A stretch of 32,000 nucleotides of DNA from Wolbachia endosymbiont of Dirofilaria (Dirofilaria) immitis (lineage in GTDB: Bacteria; Pseudomonadota; Alphaproteobacteria; Rickettsiales; Anaplasmataceae), in contig NZ_CP046578.1 of the NCBI RefSeq assembly GCF_013365455.1, positions 420,001 to 452,000 of the forward strand, read 5' to 3'. A program made the translations under genes and the position numbers. The notes beneath the pieces were generated by a model. It saw only the letters and a program-made list of their open reading frames with translations. It searched no databases and was not told the DNA's origin. This document shows, one piece after another, positions 1 through 11,201 of the stretch; within the stretch, counting starts at the first letter, position 1, and each line of letters starts with the position of its first letter.

Positions 1-1938
1 TCCTGGGTGGTAATATTCTTTTTCTGCTTTTTCTATAGTTAAGTCATCACAATTGACACCGAAAAATTCCAGAACCATTATGAGATCAGCCTTTACATCA
101 AAAATATCTACTTTTCTGTTGGAATTATAATGGTTCCTCGGCAAATTATTTCCTGACCTAATTTCATTTAAAACATGCTTAGGCTGATTGAGACTATCGT
201 AAATTGGCCCAATTTCAAAAATCGCAAGATCAGGTATTCCATGAGTAATATTATCTGCAGTAACTTGCAATAAATTTGGCATAATACTTGGCCTCATTAT
301 GTTGAAGTTATTATTAAATGGGTTATCAATAGTAACTAACTTATCTGAGTAACCAAACTTTTCAGCTGTTGATTTACTCATAAATGACCAAGTGAGCACT
401 TCATGAAATCCTCTACTTGCCATTAAAGTACGCAGACTATCTTGCACACTAATTTCTACCGTAGTATTACCTATTAGCGGTTCTTCCTTTATTTTGTCAT
501 AGCCATATATTCTCACTACTTCTTCAACTAAATCAGCAGGTATAGAAACATCTGGCCTCCAGCTTGGTACTCGTACATTCCAATTACTTCCAGTTCTTTT
601 ATCAATATTAAATCCTAGATTTGTTAAGATATTAAATATCTCATCTGGTGATGCAGATACACCTCCAAACTTGCTTACATCTTGATAATCAAAATCTACT
701 TTGGTATTAACCTTACCTAAACCGCCGTTAGCAGATACTACACTTGAAACCTCTCCACCACATAGACCTAAAACCATTTGAGTTGCAAGGCTCAGTACAT
801 CAAATTCAGGGTCAACTGAGCGTGCGAATCTATAACTTGAGTCTGTAGAGATACCCAGCTGCCTTGAAGATTTAGTGATAGAAATAGGGTCAAACCAAGA
901 AGACTCTAAAAAAATATCAGTGGTTTCAAGAGTGCATTCACTATACTTACCACCTATAATTCCAGCAATTGCATGAGTATTTTTACTATCAGCAATAACA
1001 CTTATGTCTTTGTTTAATAAATACTCTTTACCATTCAAATCAGTAAATTTTTCTTCGCTGTTTGCTTTGCGTACTATAAGTTCTCCTTCTATCTTTTTTG
1101 CATCATATACATGTATTGGGCGGCCAAAGGATATCATGATGTAATTAGTAATATCAACTATTGAAGAAATGGAGCGCATTCCTATTGACTGTAGCCTATC
1201 TTTTAGCCAATTTGGGCTCTCTCTATTTTTTACATTGATAATATGTGTTCCACTAATAAAGCTTTTCCCATCGGTGACCTTAACATGTATAGAAGAATTC
1301 CTTTTCATTAAAGTAGCAGGGAACTGAGATTTATCTTGGATTTCATTGTTATGCGCTGGAATGATATCGAAGCGAGTTAAAGCCTTTAACGTTCCAATTC
1401 CAGTTGCTGCCAAGTCACGTGCTATTCCATAAACACTTAAACAATCTCCACGATTTGGAGTAACATTTATATCAATTACAGGATTGTAATTGAAAAATTT
1501 ATCTCCTACTTTATAATCATTAGAAAGCTTGATTATTCCTTCAATTTCTCCTTGGGTCGACGCACGTTCAGAAGTAAAACAAGACATCTCTTTGCTTGGT
1601 AATCCCTGTATTTTTATAGGTTTGGCCATAAAATCGTCTTCCGGTAACGCGCTACTAGAAGGTGTGAGTACAGTTCTTATACTTTCTCTAATATTTTTTG
1701 TTCCATGAGCTATCTGTGAAACTCTGCTGCTGTCATTTGTTTTACGTAACCTTAACTTATCAGTGTTTGGGTAAGATACGACTTCTAATACTTTTTCAGT
1801 AGTAACCCCAGCCAATTTAGTATTGTTGTTGGTCACGTTTTCTACTTCCAGCCCTATATGAGTTAACTTATCAGTAATTTCTTCTAAACTAGCACTGGTT
1901 TTTAAATATTCTAGTAACCAAGATAACGTAAATTTCAT
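1..1938 (-). CDS. pheT: Phenylalanyl-tRNA synthetase beta subunit, C-terminal end cut off by the window edge
   Basis: Manual minus-strand translation from ATG at 1938: [35 protein letters not shown]..., [75 protein letters not shown]. Open to the left edge, so absent from the ORF track. Confidence 0.95.
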   Translation of the reverse strand, partial: MKFTLSWLLEYLKTSASLEEITDKLTHIGLEVENVTNNNTKLAGVTTEKVLEVVSYPNTDKLRLRKTNDSSRVSQIAHGTKNIRESIRTVLTPSSSALPEDDFMAKPIKIQGLPSKEMSCFTSERASTQGEIEGIIKLSNDYKVGDKFFNYNPVIDINVTPNRGDCLSVYGIARDLAATGIGTLKALTRFDIIPAHNNEIQDKSQFPATLMKRNSSIHVKVTDGKSFISGTHIINVKNRESPNWLKDRLQSIGMRSISSIVDITNYIMISFGRPIHVYDAKKIEGELIVRKANSEEKFTDLNGKEYLLNKDISVIADSKNTHAIAGIIGGKYSECTLETTDIFLESSWFDPISITKSSRQLGISTDSSYRFARSVDPEFDVLSLATQMVLGLCGGEVSSVVSANGGLGKVNTKVDFDYQDVSKFGGVSASPDEIFNILTNLGFNIDKRTGSNWNVRVPSWRPDVSIPADLVEEVVRIYGYDKIKEEPLIGNTTVEISVQDSLRTLMASRGFHEVLTWSFMSKSTAEKFGYSDKLVTIDNPFNNNFNIMRPSIMPNLLQVTADNITHGIPDLAIFEIGPIYDSLNQPKHVLNEIRSGNNLPRNHYNSNRKVDIFDVKADLIMVLEFFGVNCDDLTIEKAEKEYYHPG

Positions 1939-2568
1939 TGATATAAAAAGAAATAAAAAACCTATTGTAATATAAAATGCGGTGGTTTTAAAACTTATGA
2001 TTTTTAATTCTTTCTTTTGAAAATATACAACTGATTATTTATGTCTTTCTAATTTTTTTTAATGAATAAAATGGATTTAGAAGGGGAAATATATACTATT
2101 TTTAGTAACGATTACAACCATCTTTTCCATGTTTTACGCATTAGTTACTATTATGTGTTCTAAATCATTTATTTCACAAAATTACACAGTAATCACCAAT
2201 TCTTAATTTTTTTCTTCCTAAAATTTTAAATAATAAAGATTTTTCTGTTTTACTGAGAGTGATTTTCTTGTGTAATTTTTTGAACTCTTATTCTTGTAAA
2301 AACTTGATTTTATAAGATCTTAGCTCTACTTAATATCAGTGTTTAACTTTTACTGTACCTAAAGCACTATACTTAGTAGCAAGTTCAGTTAGCATGAAAT
2401 TTTCTTTCTCAATTTCAATTGCTCTCTACATCAATTCTTATGCTTTATTTTTCAGTAAATAAAATAGTTTATATAATAGTAATACATGATATTAAAATCT
2501 TAAAATAAATATTTTATGTCTTAATGCACTTCCATACCTCACTTTTAGCACAATGAACTATTTAAGCT

Positions 2569-3681
2569 TTAAAACAACATCCTGAAAAACTTTTCTACAT
2601 AGTTTAGTTCCTGTACTTCATTTACTGCATAAAGTGGTATAGTTTGCTGCTTGATGCCTGGTATTTTTATAAAAATCTTGCCTACTTCTTGCCCTTTTTT
2701 AATTGGTGCAGGTATCATATCTTTATATTCAACATGCACCTTAATTTTATCATGCAAATTACGACTGTAGGTTATGATAACGTCTCTTGCAACTGTGATA
2801 GGTACTTTTCTATCTTTTCCGTATAGGACATTTACTTCCTCAATTATATCATCTTTAGTGAATATTTTTTTAGTATGAAAATGGTCTAAAGAATATTGAA
2901 TCAGTCTTTTTGCTTCTTCTATTCTCTCTTTCTCAGTGCTCAAACCATTTACGACAACGAAAACTCTCCTATCATTTCGTCTTGCAGATGCTACAATTCC
3001 ATATGCACCAGCACTCGTATAACCAGTCTTTAATCCGTCAACCCCGATTCCATAAAAAAGGAGAAGATTTTTATTTTTTTGTAAGACTTCATTATATGTT
3101 AAATATTGCTCAGAAAATAAGTCATAATACTCAGGGAAATCAGTGAAGATTCTCTTTGCTAGCACCACTAAGTCTTTTGCACTCATGAAGTGAGCTTCAT
3201 CCGGCCATCCACTTGAATTGACAAAGTGACTATTGCTTAGGCCTAATTTTTGTGCGATTTCATTCATTTCAATTACAAAATTCTCTTCTGATCCCGCAAT
3301 GCCTTCAGCTAGTGTTATGCAAGCATCATTACCTGAAACTATTACGATTCCTTCGAGCAACTCTTTTACTGTAACAAACTGACCTTCTCTTAAAAACATA
3401 GAAGAGCCTTTTCTTTTCCATGCCTTTTTACTTACTTGAAATTTATCTTCCATGTTTATTACCCCGGCTTTTAAATAGGCAAAAGCTATATATAAAGTCA
3501 TCAATTTGCTCATTGAAGATGGAGCTATTTTTTCATCAGGGTTATGCTCAAAAATGAACGAGTCTGAGGCTAAGTCCAAAATCACTGCTTGCTTTGCTTT
3601 AGTTCTAAATTGATATGAATATGAAAAAAAAGGGAATGAAAAGACTAACAGCAAAATTGCCAATTTATCTAATACGCTCAT
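2569..3681 (-). CDS. dacF: D-alanyl-D-alanine carboxypeptidase (serine-type, penicillin-binding protein 5/6 family)
   Basis: 370-aa ORF with N-terminal hydrophobic segment, SxxK (APSSMSKLMT), SxN-like (VSGNDAC) and KTG (DGLKTGYT) motifs. Specific symbol less certain than family. Confidence 0.9.
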   Translation of the reverse strand: MSVLDKLAILLLVFSFPFFSYSYQFRTKAKQAVILDLASDSFIFEHNPDEKIAPSSMSKLMTLYIAFAYLKAGVINMEDKFQVSKKAWKRKGSSMFLREGQFVTVKELLEGIVIVSGNDACITLAEGIAGSEENFVIEMNEIAQKLGLSNSHFVNSSGWPDEAHFMSAKDLVVLAKRIFTDFPEYYDLFSEQYLTYNEVLQKNKNLLLFYGIGVDGLKTGYTSAGAYGIVASARRNDRRVFVVVNGLSTEKERIEEAKRLIQYSLDHFHTKKIFTKDDIIEEVNVLYGKDRKVPITVARDVIITYSRNLHDKIKVHVEYKDMIPAPIKKGQEVGKIFIKIPGIKQQTIPLYAVNEVQELNYVEKFFRMLF

Positions 3682-4143
3682 AGTTTTAAGTTTATAGTGT
3701 ACTAATTAATAGTATGATTATGCGCTAGCATTTTAATGAAATTAAGATAAAATTTTATACATATGATATAACTTGCTGCAGTATAATGTATAGAATTATG
3801 AGCTCAAAACATTTTAAAGTACAAAAAACATGAACTAGAAGTAGACAAGTGGTGCTTTTACTACAGTTGATCAACATATTAATGGAAAGAGATGCAAGTG
3901 TTATAATTCATATGATAGAAACTCAGATAACAGTACAATTTTAGCACTACAGTAGTAGTAGGACATTTTTTACATGTTACGTGCATGCATAGTGTGTAAT
4001 AGAGAAGCAATATCAGATTTTGAGTAGAATTTAGAGGATTGCAATATATCATTGAGAAAATGAACAAGAGAATTAAAAATACAGCAAAAAGTAAAACCAT
4101 TTTTAGTGGTAAGAGACTTTAAAAGGGGACCATGGCTTTAAGC

Positions 4144-4578
4144 TTATCTTGACAAAACTTTACAGCAACCCTTTTTATTTATTTCTTTTGATTGTATTTC
4201 ACTTGCTTGAGTACTAGATTTGAGTGTGAGATATGTTATACCACTAACCGCTAATATAGATGTTACTACTATACTAGCCATTGCTCACATATCATCTAGT
4301 CTAACTGTGTGTTCAAGTGCAGTAAACACTGCTAACCCAGCAACAAGACCAGAGCAAATAGAGTTGTACACGAAACTTTTGATTGTTTAGATTAGTTTGT
4401 TTCTAGCAGTTATTTTTACTGCTTTATCGGCTAGGACTATTTGTGCTGCTTAGGGTAACGCTTGCCTTTCTCTAATATCTCTCCCACCTCTAATACTCTC
4501 TGTATTTCCTGTTCTAATGGTATAATAAACGTTAGTTAAATCACACTTAAAATAATATAATGACTTCAAAATCTGTAG
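4144..4578 (-). pseudogene. Decayed small two-transmembrane-segment protein gene with three internal in-frame stops
   Basis: A single minus frame reads LKSLYYFKCDLTNVYYTIRTGNTESIRGGRDIRERQALP*AAQIVLADKAVKITARNKLI*TIKSFVYNSICSGLVAGLAVFTALEHTVRLDDM*AMASIVVTSILAVSGITYLTLKSSTQASEIQSKEINKKGCCKVLSR*. Internal stops are at 4285, 4387 and 4450 (low coordinates). Confidence 0.55.
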
Positions 4579-4668
4579 TTAAGTCATACTTATCATGATA
4601 TATTCATAAAATTTTAGCGTAAGATTGCCTTAATTGTGTTAATTTATAGCTTAAGACTGAAAATATTT

Positions 4669-7209
4669 ATGTTGGAAGGAAAATACAGTTTTAAAGAAAT
4701 TGAAGCTAAATGCAACATATTGTGGGAGGGAAATCAAGTTTATAAATGGAACGGTGACAAGGATAACACTTTTACTATAGATACACCTCCGCCGACGATA
4801 TCAGGGAAATTGCATATTGGACATATATTTAGTTATTGCCATACAGACTTTATTTCAAGGTTTCAGCGTATGCTTGGAAAAGATGTATTTTATCCAATTG
4901 GGTTTGATGATAATGGACTTCCTACTGAAAGATTAGTAGAACAAGCCTATAAGACTAATGCAAGAGAAGTTGGTAAAGGAAAGTTTATAGAGATGTGCCA
5001 TGAAGTTATTGAAAAGTCAAAGCAAGAATTTAAGGAATTATTCAAATCAGTTGGCATGAGTTATGACTGGAGTTTGGAGTATCACACAATCAGCAGAGAA
5101 GCTGTGGCACTTTCTCAAATGTCGTTTATTGATCTATATAACAAAGGGTATGCATATAGAAAAATGCAACCCATTGTTTGGGACCCAGTTGATAAAACTA
5201 CGATTGCACAAGCAGAAGTAGAGGATAAAGTCTTTGAGTCATCCTTAAATACGATAGTTTTTTTTACTGAGAAAAATGAGCAAATTAAGGTTGCAACCAC
5301 ACGGCCTGAGCTGCTTTTAGCATGTGTTGCAGTTTTCTGCCACCCAGAGGATGCACGCTATACTCATTTAATTGGAAAAGTAGCCTTAGCACCGATAACA
5401 GGAGAAAAAATTCCAATAATAGCTGATAATAAGGTAAGAATAGATAAAGGTACTGGGCTTGCTATGTGCTGTACATTTGGTGACGAACTCGACATATATT
5501 GGCAGCAAAAGTATAGCTTACCGATGAAAGTTATCGTTGATCAGGATGGAAGGATAAGTCTAGGCTCAGTTTATCATAATAATAGATCCCAATATCAAGG
5601 TGCCAGGATGATAGAAGAGAGGTCTATTTGGATAACGAAAGAGGATGTAACACACAATGCTAGAATCTATAATGAACTAAATGGGTTAAAGGTTAAAGAA
5701 GCAAGGAGGAGGATAATTGAAATTCTAACTGAAAAGGGACTTTTGATAAAAAGCACTAATATATCTCATTCTGTAAGGTGTGCAGAAAGATCTGGTGCAC
5801 CACTTGAGATATTACCTACTTATCAATGGTTTATCAAGATTTTAGATCAAAAGGCTAAAGTGCTGGATAAGGTAAAAAAATGTAATTGGCATCCGAGCAC
5901 TATGCGTAAACGTATGGAAGTGTGGATAGAAGGATTGAATTGCGACTGGTGTATCTCAAGACAGCGTTACTTTGGTGTACCATTTCCAGTGTGGTATTCA
6001 AAACGTAAAGGAGAAGAAGGCACAATTATTTTAGCTGAAGCAAAGGATTTACCTATGGATCCACTTAAAGATTTACCAAAAGGATATAGTAAAGAAGAGG
6101 TCATCTCAGATCAAGATGTTATGGATACTTGGTTCACAAGTGCAATTACTCCTCAGTTAAATGCGTTGGCGATAAACAATGAGTTTCACTTGCCAGGTCA
6201 TCGATACGATAAGGTATTCCCTGTAGATCTACGCAGTCAAAGCCATGAGATAATAAGAACTTGGGCATTTTATACGATTTTGAAGGCACATTATCATGCG
6301 AATTCATTGCCGTGGAAAAATATTATGATCAGCGGCTGGTGTTTAACTCATGATAAAAAAAAGATGAGTAAATCTAAAGGTAATGTTATTACTCCTCATG
6401 CAATGCTTGATGCTTATGGGGCTGATGTAGTGCGTTATTGGGCAGCAAATTCAAGGCTTGGAGCTGATACAGTTTACTCCGAGAATATACTTAAAGTCGG
6501 CAAGCGACTTATTACAAAACTTTGGAATGCAAGCAAATTTGTTTCCATATTTATAGGGAAACATCAAGCTATAAGTATAAATTCTGTTAGTGAAATGATG
6601 GACAGGTGGATGTTGTCTAAGCTATATAAAGTTATAGAAAAGGCAACAAGTAATCTATTACAGTTTAAGTACTGCGAAGCTTTGAATGTAGTAGAGGAAT
6701 TTTTCTGGGAGGATTTTTGTAATAATTACTTAGAGTTGGTAAAAAGACGCGCATATGGAGATATTGTTACTAACAGAGCGAACTTAAGTGCGAAGCAGAG
6801 TTTAGCGTACGCATTAAGTATTGTTTTGCGATTATTTGCACCTTTTTTACCGTACATTACAGAAGAAATACATTACCAATTGTACAGCTGTAATTCTGTA
6901 CATACTCAAAGCAATTGGCCGGATAAGGAAGAACTTGTCTATGATAAGCATTCTGAGGAAATGGGAGATGATTTTATACAAATATTAAATACTGTGAGAG
7001 AAATAAAGGCAGATAACAAAGTATCAGTTAAGCATCGGATAAAGAAATTGATAATAAAAACAAACCTACAAGAGGATAAGTTGAACCAATCTGCACAGGA
7101 TGATTTGCAGACAGTATGTAATGCTGAAGTGATAGAGTGGAGTGAGGATACACACCTAGGATTTGAAACTGAAAATGGAAAGTTTATCATAAAAATAAAT
7201 TTATATTGA
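4669..7209 (+). CDS. valS: Valyl-tRNA synthetase
   Basis: 857-aa ORF from 4636 (GTG); the internal ATG at 4669 (MLEGKYSFKEIEAKCNILWEG) is a better start. Class I aaRS signatures PPPTISGKLHIGHIFSY and KKMSKSKGNVITP; editing domain and C-terminal anticodon-binding region present. Confidence 0.96.
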   Translation: MLEGKYSFKEIEAKCNILWEGNQVYKWNGDKDNTFTIDTPPPTISGKLHIGHIFSYCHTDFISRFQRMLGKDVFYPIGFDDNGLPTERLVEQAYKTNAREVGKGKFIEMCHEVIEKSKQEFKELFKSVGMSYDWSLEYHTISREAVALSQMSFIDLYNKGYAYRKMQPIVWDPVDKTTIAQAEVEDKVFESSLNTIVFFTEKNEQIKVATTRPELLLACVAVFCHPEDARYTHLIGKVALAPITGEKIPIIADNKVRIDKGTGLAMCCTFGDELDIYWQQKYSLPMKVIVDQDGRISLGSVYHNNRSQYQGARMIEERSIWITKEDVTHNARIYNELNGLKVKEARRRIIEILTEKGLLIKSTNISHSVRCAERSGAPLEILPTYQWFIKILDQKAKVLDKVKKCNWHPSTMRKRMEVWIEGLNCDWCISRQRYFGVPFPVWYSKRKGEEGTIILAEAKDLPMDPLKDLPKGYSKEEVISDQDVMDTWFTSAITPQLNALAINNEFHLPGHRYDKVFPVDLRSQSHEIIRTWAFYTILKAHYHANSLPWKNIMISGWCLTHDKKKMSKSKGNVITPHAMLDAYGADVVRYWAANSRLGADTVYSENILKVGKRLITKLWNASKFVSIFIGKHQAISINSVSEMMDRWMLSKLYKVIEKATSNLLQFKYCEALNVVEEFFWEDFCNNYLELVKRRAYGDIVTNRANLSAKQSLAYALSIVLRLFAPFLPYITEEIHYQLYSCNSVHTQSNWPDKEELVYDKHSEEMGDDFIQILNTVREIKADNKVSVKHRIKKLIIKTNLQEDKLNQSAQDDLQTVCNAEVIEWSEDTHLGFETENGKFIIKINLY

Positions 7210-7275
7210 TTCTTATATAAATTTTCTTGACTGCTTTCATGTTCATATTTCCAACAATTATCGCTGTACATGTGA

Positions 7276-7517
7276 GGAAGGAATAATGGATGGATTTATA
7301 AGGCCAACACACTACATATCTTAAGTCAGTATTTTACTACTTTAACATTGATTGTATCCTGGACACTTTCTATTGTAGCTTACATTGGGTTCTTGTTTTC
7401 AGTTGCATTTTTTACGTAGCTTTTCTTGTCGTCTTGAGTTTACCTATGCTTTCTATTTTTCTATTTGCATTTCTATATAAGATAATTGGCAACAATAAAA
7501 AAATGGGAGCTAAGTGA
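7276..7517 (+). pseudogene. Frameshifted remnant of a hydrophobic (membrane) protein
   Basis: Plus frame reads ...NNGWIYKANTLHILSQYFTTLTLIVSWTLSIVAYIGFLFSVAFFT* (stop 7417-7419). It continues seamlessly in the -1 frame from 7416: VAFLVVLSLPMLSIFLFAFLYKIIGNNKKMGAK* (stop 7515-7517). Confidence 0.45.
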
Positions 7518-7716
7518 GCTGTAAACAAATAGGTAGAGGAAAGAAAAATTAGTTGGTTGAATAAATTATACCAAGAGAAGTAGAGTTTAATAGGCAAAAT
7601 TAAAGGATTAGGTTATAAGCTATATCAGTCGAAGGAAGAGAAAATTGGTGTGTAGCAAGAATTAAGAGAAAGAAGAAGGTCAGTTAAAAATATCAAGATA
7701 AAATTTTCTCCTTTAG

Positions 7717-8037
7717 AGAGAACTTGAAAAGTTTAAAAGGGAAATAAGAAAAATAAATAAAGAAGTGAAAAAGTTGTGAGAGGTTTAAAGTGACGTAGCA
7801 CAAGAGGCAAGAATATTGTCTGAGGAGAAGAGGAATAATTCTGTTTCAGTAAATAAAGCTAAGTATTTACGGATAATAGCTAATTAATCTGAAATGCAAG
7901 TTAAAGTCATCTTATCTTCCTTGGATATAAATGATAAATACTTTGTGCTAGAGTTTGAAAAACAAGCTTGCTGGTAGACAATTGTCAAAACTAAGCTACC
8001 TGCGCATTCACATAGCAAAACTAAGAAGATCTTCTAG
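7717..8037 (+). pseudogene. Possible decayed coiled-coil protein reading frame with internal stops
   Basis: One plus frame: RELEKFKREIRKINKEVKKL*EV*SDVAQEARILSEEKRNNSVSVNKAKYLRIIAN*SEMQVKVILSSLDINDKYFVLEFEKQACW*TIVKTKLPAHSHSKTKKIF*. Protein-like composition between stops. Confidence 0.3.
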
Positions 8038-8685
8038 AAAATTTACCGACATGCTTATTTTTTAACTACATGATTTGATAAAATAAGTACAATAAACAAT
8101 TTAACTTTAGATTAATCAGGCTAAAATGCATACAAGTTGTAAGGTAAAATGAAAGCCACTATAGAAGAGAATAAAAAAAGGATCTTTTAAAAGGAGAATA
8201 ATATTAGTTTATCGCTTTCAAGAAAGTAACAAACATTGTAACTCAAATAACATGATACTTTGTGTACAATAGAGGAGATTTGCTATTAAAAATAGGTATT
8301 TTTCTCTCTGTGCAAATAGATTTTAACAAATATACACACTTTAGCCTTTAGGAAAGAATAATGAGTAGCTTACTTTTAAAAGTCGATATGGTTTATCTTA
8401 TAGCTATATTGCGGTAATTGCAAGAAGTAAGGTCTTGTTGTTAAAAAGAAGTTATTCAATGTTTGCTAAATGAAGTTTTACATGTAGAAGATTCTAGATA
8501 TGTTAATAAAGTAATCTGCTCAATTAGATCTGCTGATATTTTACGTACCATACATCGGACTATATATAACTTAGATTAGATCTAGCTAGCACTTTGTAGG
8601 CTTTATGATTTTCTTAAGGTAAAAAGGTTGCAAAATACAATAATTGTTTTATAATTTGCAAGAGGATTATGCGAAAAGGCATGTG

Positions 8686-9363
8686 ATGAATCCAATAGTG
8701 TGTGCGCTAGATACGCAAGATTTAAATGAGGCCATATCCTTGGTTAATATTCTACGTGATAAAGTTGGTATGATAAAACTTGGATTAGAATTTTTTGCTG
8801 CCCATGGTCCTTCTGGGGTGAAAAAGGTTGCAAAATGTAATGTACCAATCTTTTTAGATCTAAAATTATATGATATTCCGAACACTGTAACTAAAACAGT
8901 TGAAGCAATAAAAGCTTTAGGTGTTGAAATATTAACATTACATGTTAGTGGTGGAACAAGAATGCTAAAGGAGGCTCTAAATGTAGTGAAGAAAACAAAA
9001 ATAGAACTGATTGGGGTAACTGTGCTAACTAGCATGAGTAATAGAGATTTAAGTAAGCTTGGGATAGCAAGAGAAACGAAATCACAGGTAATTTTATTGG
9101 CAAAAATTGCAAAAAAAGTTGGTCTGCATGGAATAGTTTGCTCTGCAATGGAAGCTCAGGAAGTGCGCAAAGAGTGTGGTAAAAACTTTAAGATTATTAC
9201 TCCAGGAATTCGCATAAATTCCAGCCACGATGACCAAAAAAGAATAGTAACACCAAAAGAAGCAATAGATTCAGGAGCTGATTATATTGTAATTGGCAGG
9301 CCCATTACAAAGAGCGGTAGTCCTACAAATAGTGTAGAATTGATATTAAAATCATTGACCTGA
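8686..9363 (+). CDS. pyrF: Orotidine 5'-phosphate decarboxylase
   Basis: ORF from 8644; ATG at 8686 (MNPIVCALDTQDLNEA) is the likelier start. Motif LDLKLYDIPNTVTK and C-terminal ADYIVIGRPITKS. Confidence 0.95.
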   Translation: MNPIVCALDTQDLNEAISLVNILRDKVGMIKLGLEFFAAHGPSGVKKVAKCNVPIFLDLKLYDIPNTVTKTVEAIKALGVEILTLHVSGGTRMLKEALNVVKKTKIELIGVTVLTSMSNRDLSKLGIARETKSQVILLAKIAKKVGLHGIVCSAMEAQEVRKECGKNFKIITPGIRINSSHDDQKRIVTPKEAIDSGADYIVIGRPITKSGSPTNSVELILKSLT

Positions 9364-10269
9364 TTAAGATTAAAAGAAAATTAAAAAAAAAGTATTTAAC
9401 ATAAACGAGTAGACATTATATGGTATTATTGTTTTTATTTTTCCTTGCTGGACTGAGTTAAGTATTATATGTAATGTGTGGCACTGCTTGGCACCGTATG
9501 GTTTCTCGGCTATCTTTCTACAAACGCAACGATCGTGGAGAATAATGTCGATGTATTTCATTTTTATGAAAATTTCCTTTTTAAATGAATTAGCTGTATC
9601 ATTGGGATATTAAAATAATCTCAGACTCAAGAAATTAAAAGCAAGAGGTATGCTGATCCTATAACAACCGAGCAGTTGTATAAGACAAATAGTAATATCA
9701 ACAATTATAAGGAGTTCTTAGATTTGATAGAAATTGTAATTTAATGTTCAGAAATTAGAATAGATTTCAGTACAAGTAATAAATATTCTTCTGATTATAT
9801 CTACAAGGGAAATGCATTTGTTAATGTTGAAGGCTGGTAGTAAAAAAGATTGCCGAGACCTTTAGTAAGGAAGAAAATAAAGCCTTTATCAAAAGTGAGA
9901 ATATGTTTCCACCTCAATAAGGTAAATTAAAACTGATAAGTTAGATAGTAATACAATAATGTTTATATTATTCTTTAGGTAAAGATTATTTTAAATTATG
10001 ACTACTAAAATCTCATAAGTCAACATTTTTTTTACAATTAAGCTTGTTACTTAAAGTATCAAGATACCATTATATAAATACACTTTATTTGAAGTTTTTT
10101 ATTGCTAAGCATGCCAGCAAAAAAGCTATGAACACCACACAAGGTAAGGGCTATAAGTTTAAATGAGAATTGAAAATTTCTGTAGCATCATTTTCCTCCA
10201 ATATACATTGGAATTATATAGTCTATTGTTGAAAATTGCTGTAACGTTCGCGTATTTAGTCCATAGCTC

Positions 10270-11094
10270 CTATAACCACTTAGCTAGAGGTGGCATTGAC
10301 ATCATAATTGCGTCTGGATCACCATCAGTCATCAAACCAAACCTTGTACCACGATCATAAAGTAGGTTAAATTCCACATACCTACCACGTTTTATTAATT
10401 GGGTCTCTCGCTGTTCTTTTGTCCAAGGTTTTTGCATATGTTGATGTATAATATGCAAATAAATTTTCAAAAAGGTTTTGCCTATTGCTTTTATAAACTT
10501 GAAATCACTTTCCCAGCTACCAGAGTTAAGATTGTCGTAAAAAATTCCACCAATACCGCGAGGTTCTTTTCTATGCTGTAAGAAAAAGTAGTTATCACAT
10601 TGCTCTTTAAATTTTGGATAATATACAGTATCAAATTCATCACATGTCTCCTTAATTGATTTATGGATATACTGATAGTCTTCTTTGTCTTTATATGTCG
10701 GGGTAAAATCTATCCCTCCACCAAACCATTGTTTTGATGTATATATTAGTCTCGTATTCATATGTGCCGCAGGGACAAGGGGAGATTGCATGTGAGATAC
10801 TAAAGATATACCGCTTGCCCAAAACTTTCCATTGCTCTCATTTGCACCAGGAATTTCATTTATAATTTGATCTGCGAACTTTCCATATACCTTTGAAACG
10901 TTTACTCCTACCTTCTCAAAAACACTACCGTAAATAATTGTGGATTCACCACCTCCACCACCTGGGCGATCCCATTTTCTTTTTTCAACTTTCGGATTTG
11001 TAGACAACTGTTCTTCAATCAACAAGAAAGATTTCACAATTTTATCTCTTAGCACACAAAACCATTCAAAAGCTTGTATTTTCTGTTCTCTCAT
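10270..11094 (-). CDS. hemF: Oxygen-dependent coproporphyrinogen III oxidase
   Basis: 274-aa ORF with GGGGESTIIYG, NTRLIYTSKQWFGGGIDFTP, EPRGIGGIFYDNL, GRYVEFNLLYDRGTRFGLMTDG and MMSMPPLAKW. Confidence 0.95.
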   Translation of the reverse strand: MREQKIQAFEWFCVLRDKIVKSFLLIEEQLSTNPKVEKRKWDRPGGGGGESTIIYGSVFEKVGVNVSKVYGKFADQIINEIPGANESNGKFWASGISLVSHMQSPLVPAAHMNTRLIYTSKQWFGGGIDFTPTYKDKEDYQYIHKSIKETCDEFDTVYYPKFKEQCDNYFFLQHRKEPRGIGGIFYDNLNSGSWESDFKFIKAIGKTFLKIYLHIIHQHMQKPWTKEQRETQLIKRGRYVEFNLLYDRGTRFGLMTDGDPDAIMMSMPPLAKWL

Positions 11095-11201
11095 AATGTT
11101 TTGCCAATAGTGCCAAAAATTACTGATAGTAATTATATATCAAAGATGTTAATAAGTCTATAGTAATTAAATAGGTATAATGAAGCATTGTTATATGTAA
11201 A

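Noticed and set aside
3879-4100. 73-aa minus ORF MVLLFAVFLILLFIFSMIYCNPL...
   Set aside because: Hydrophobic composition is expected from T-rich sequence; no recognisable motif and no coherent extension.
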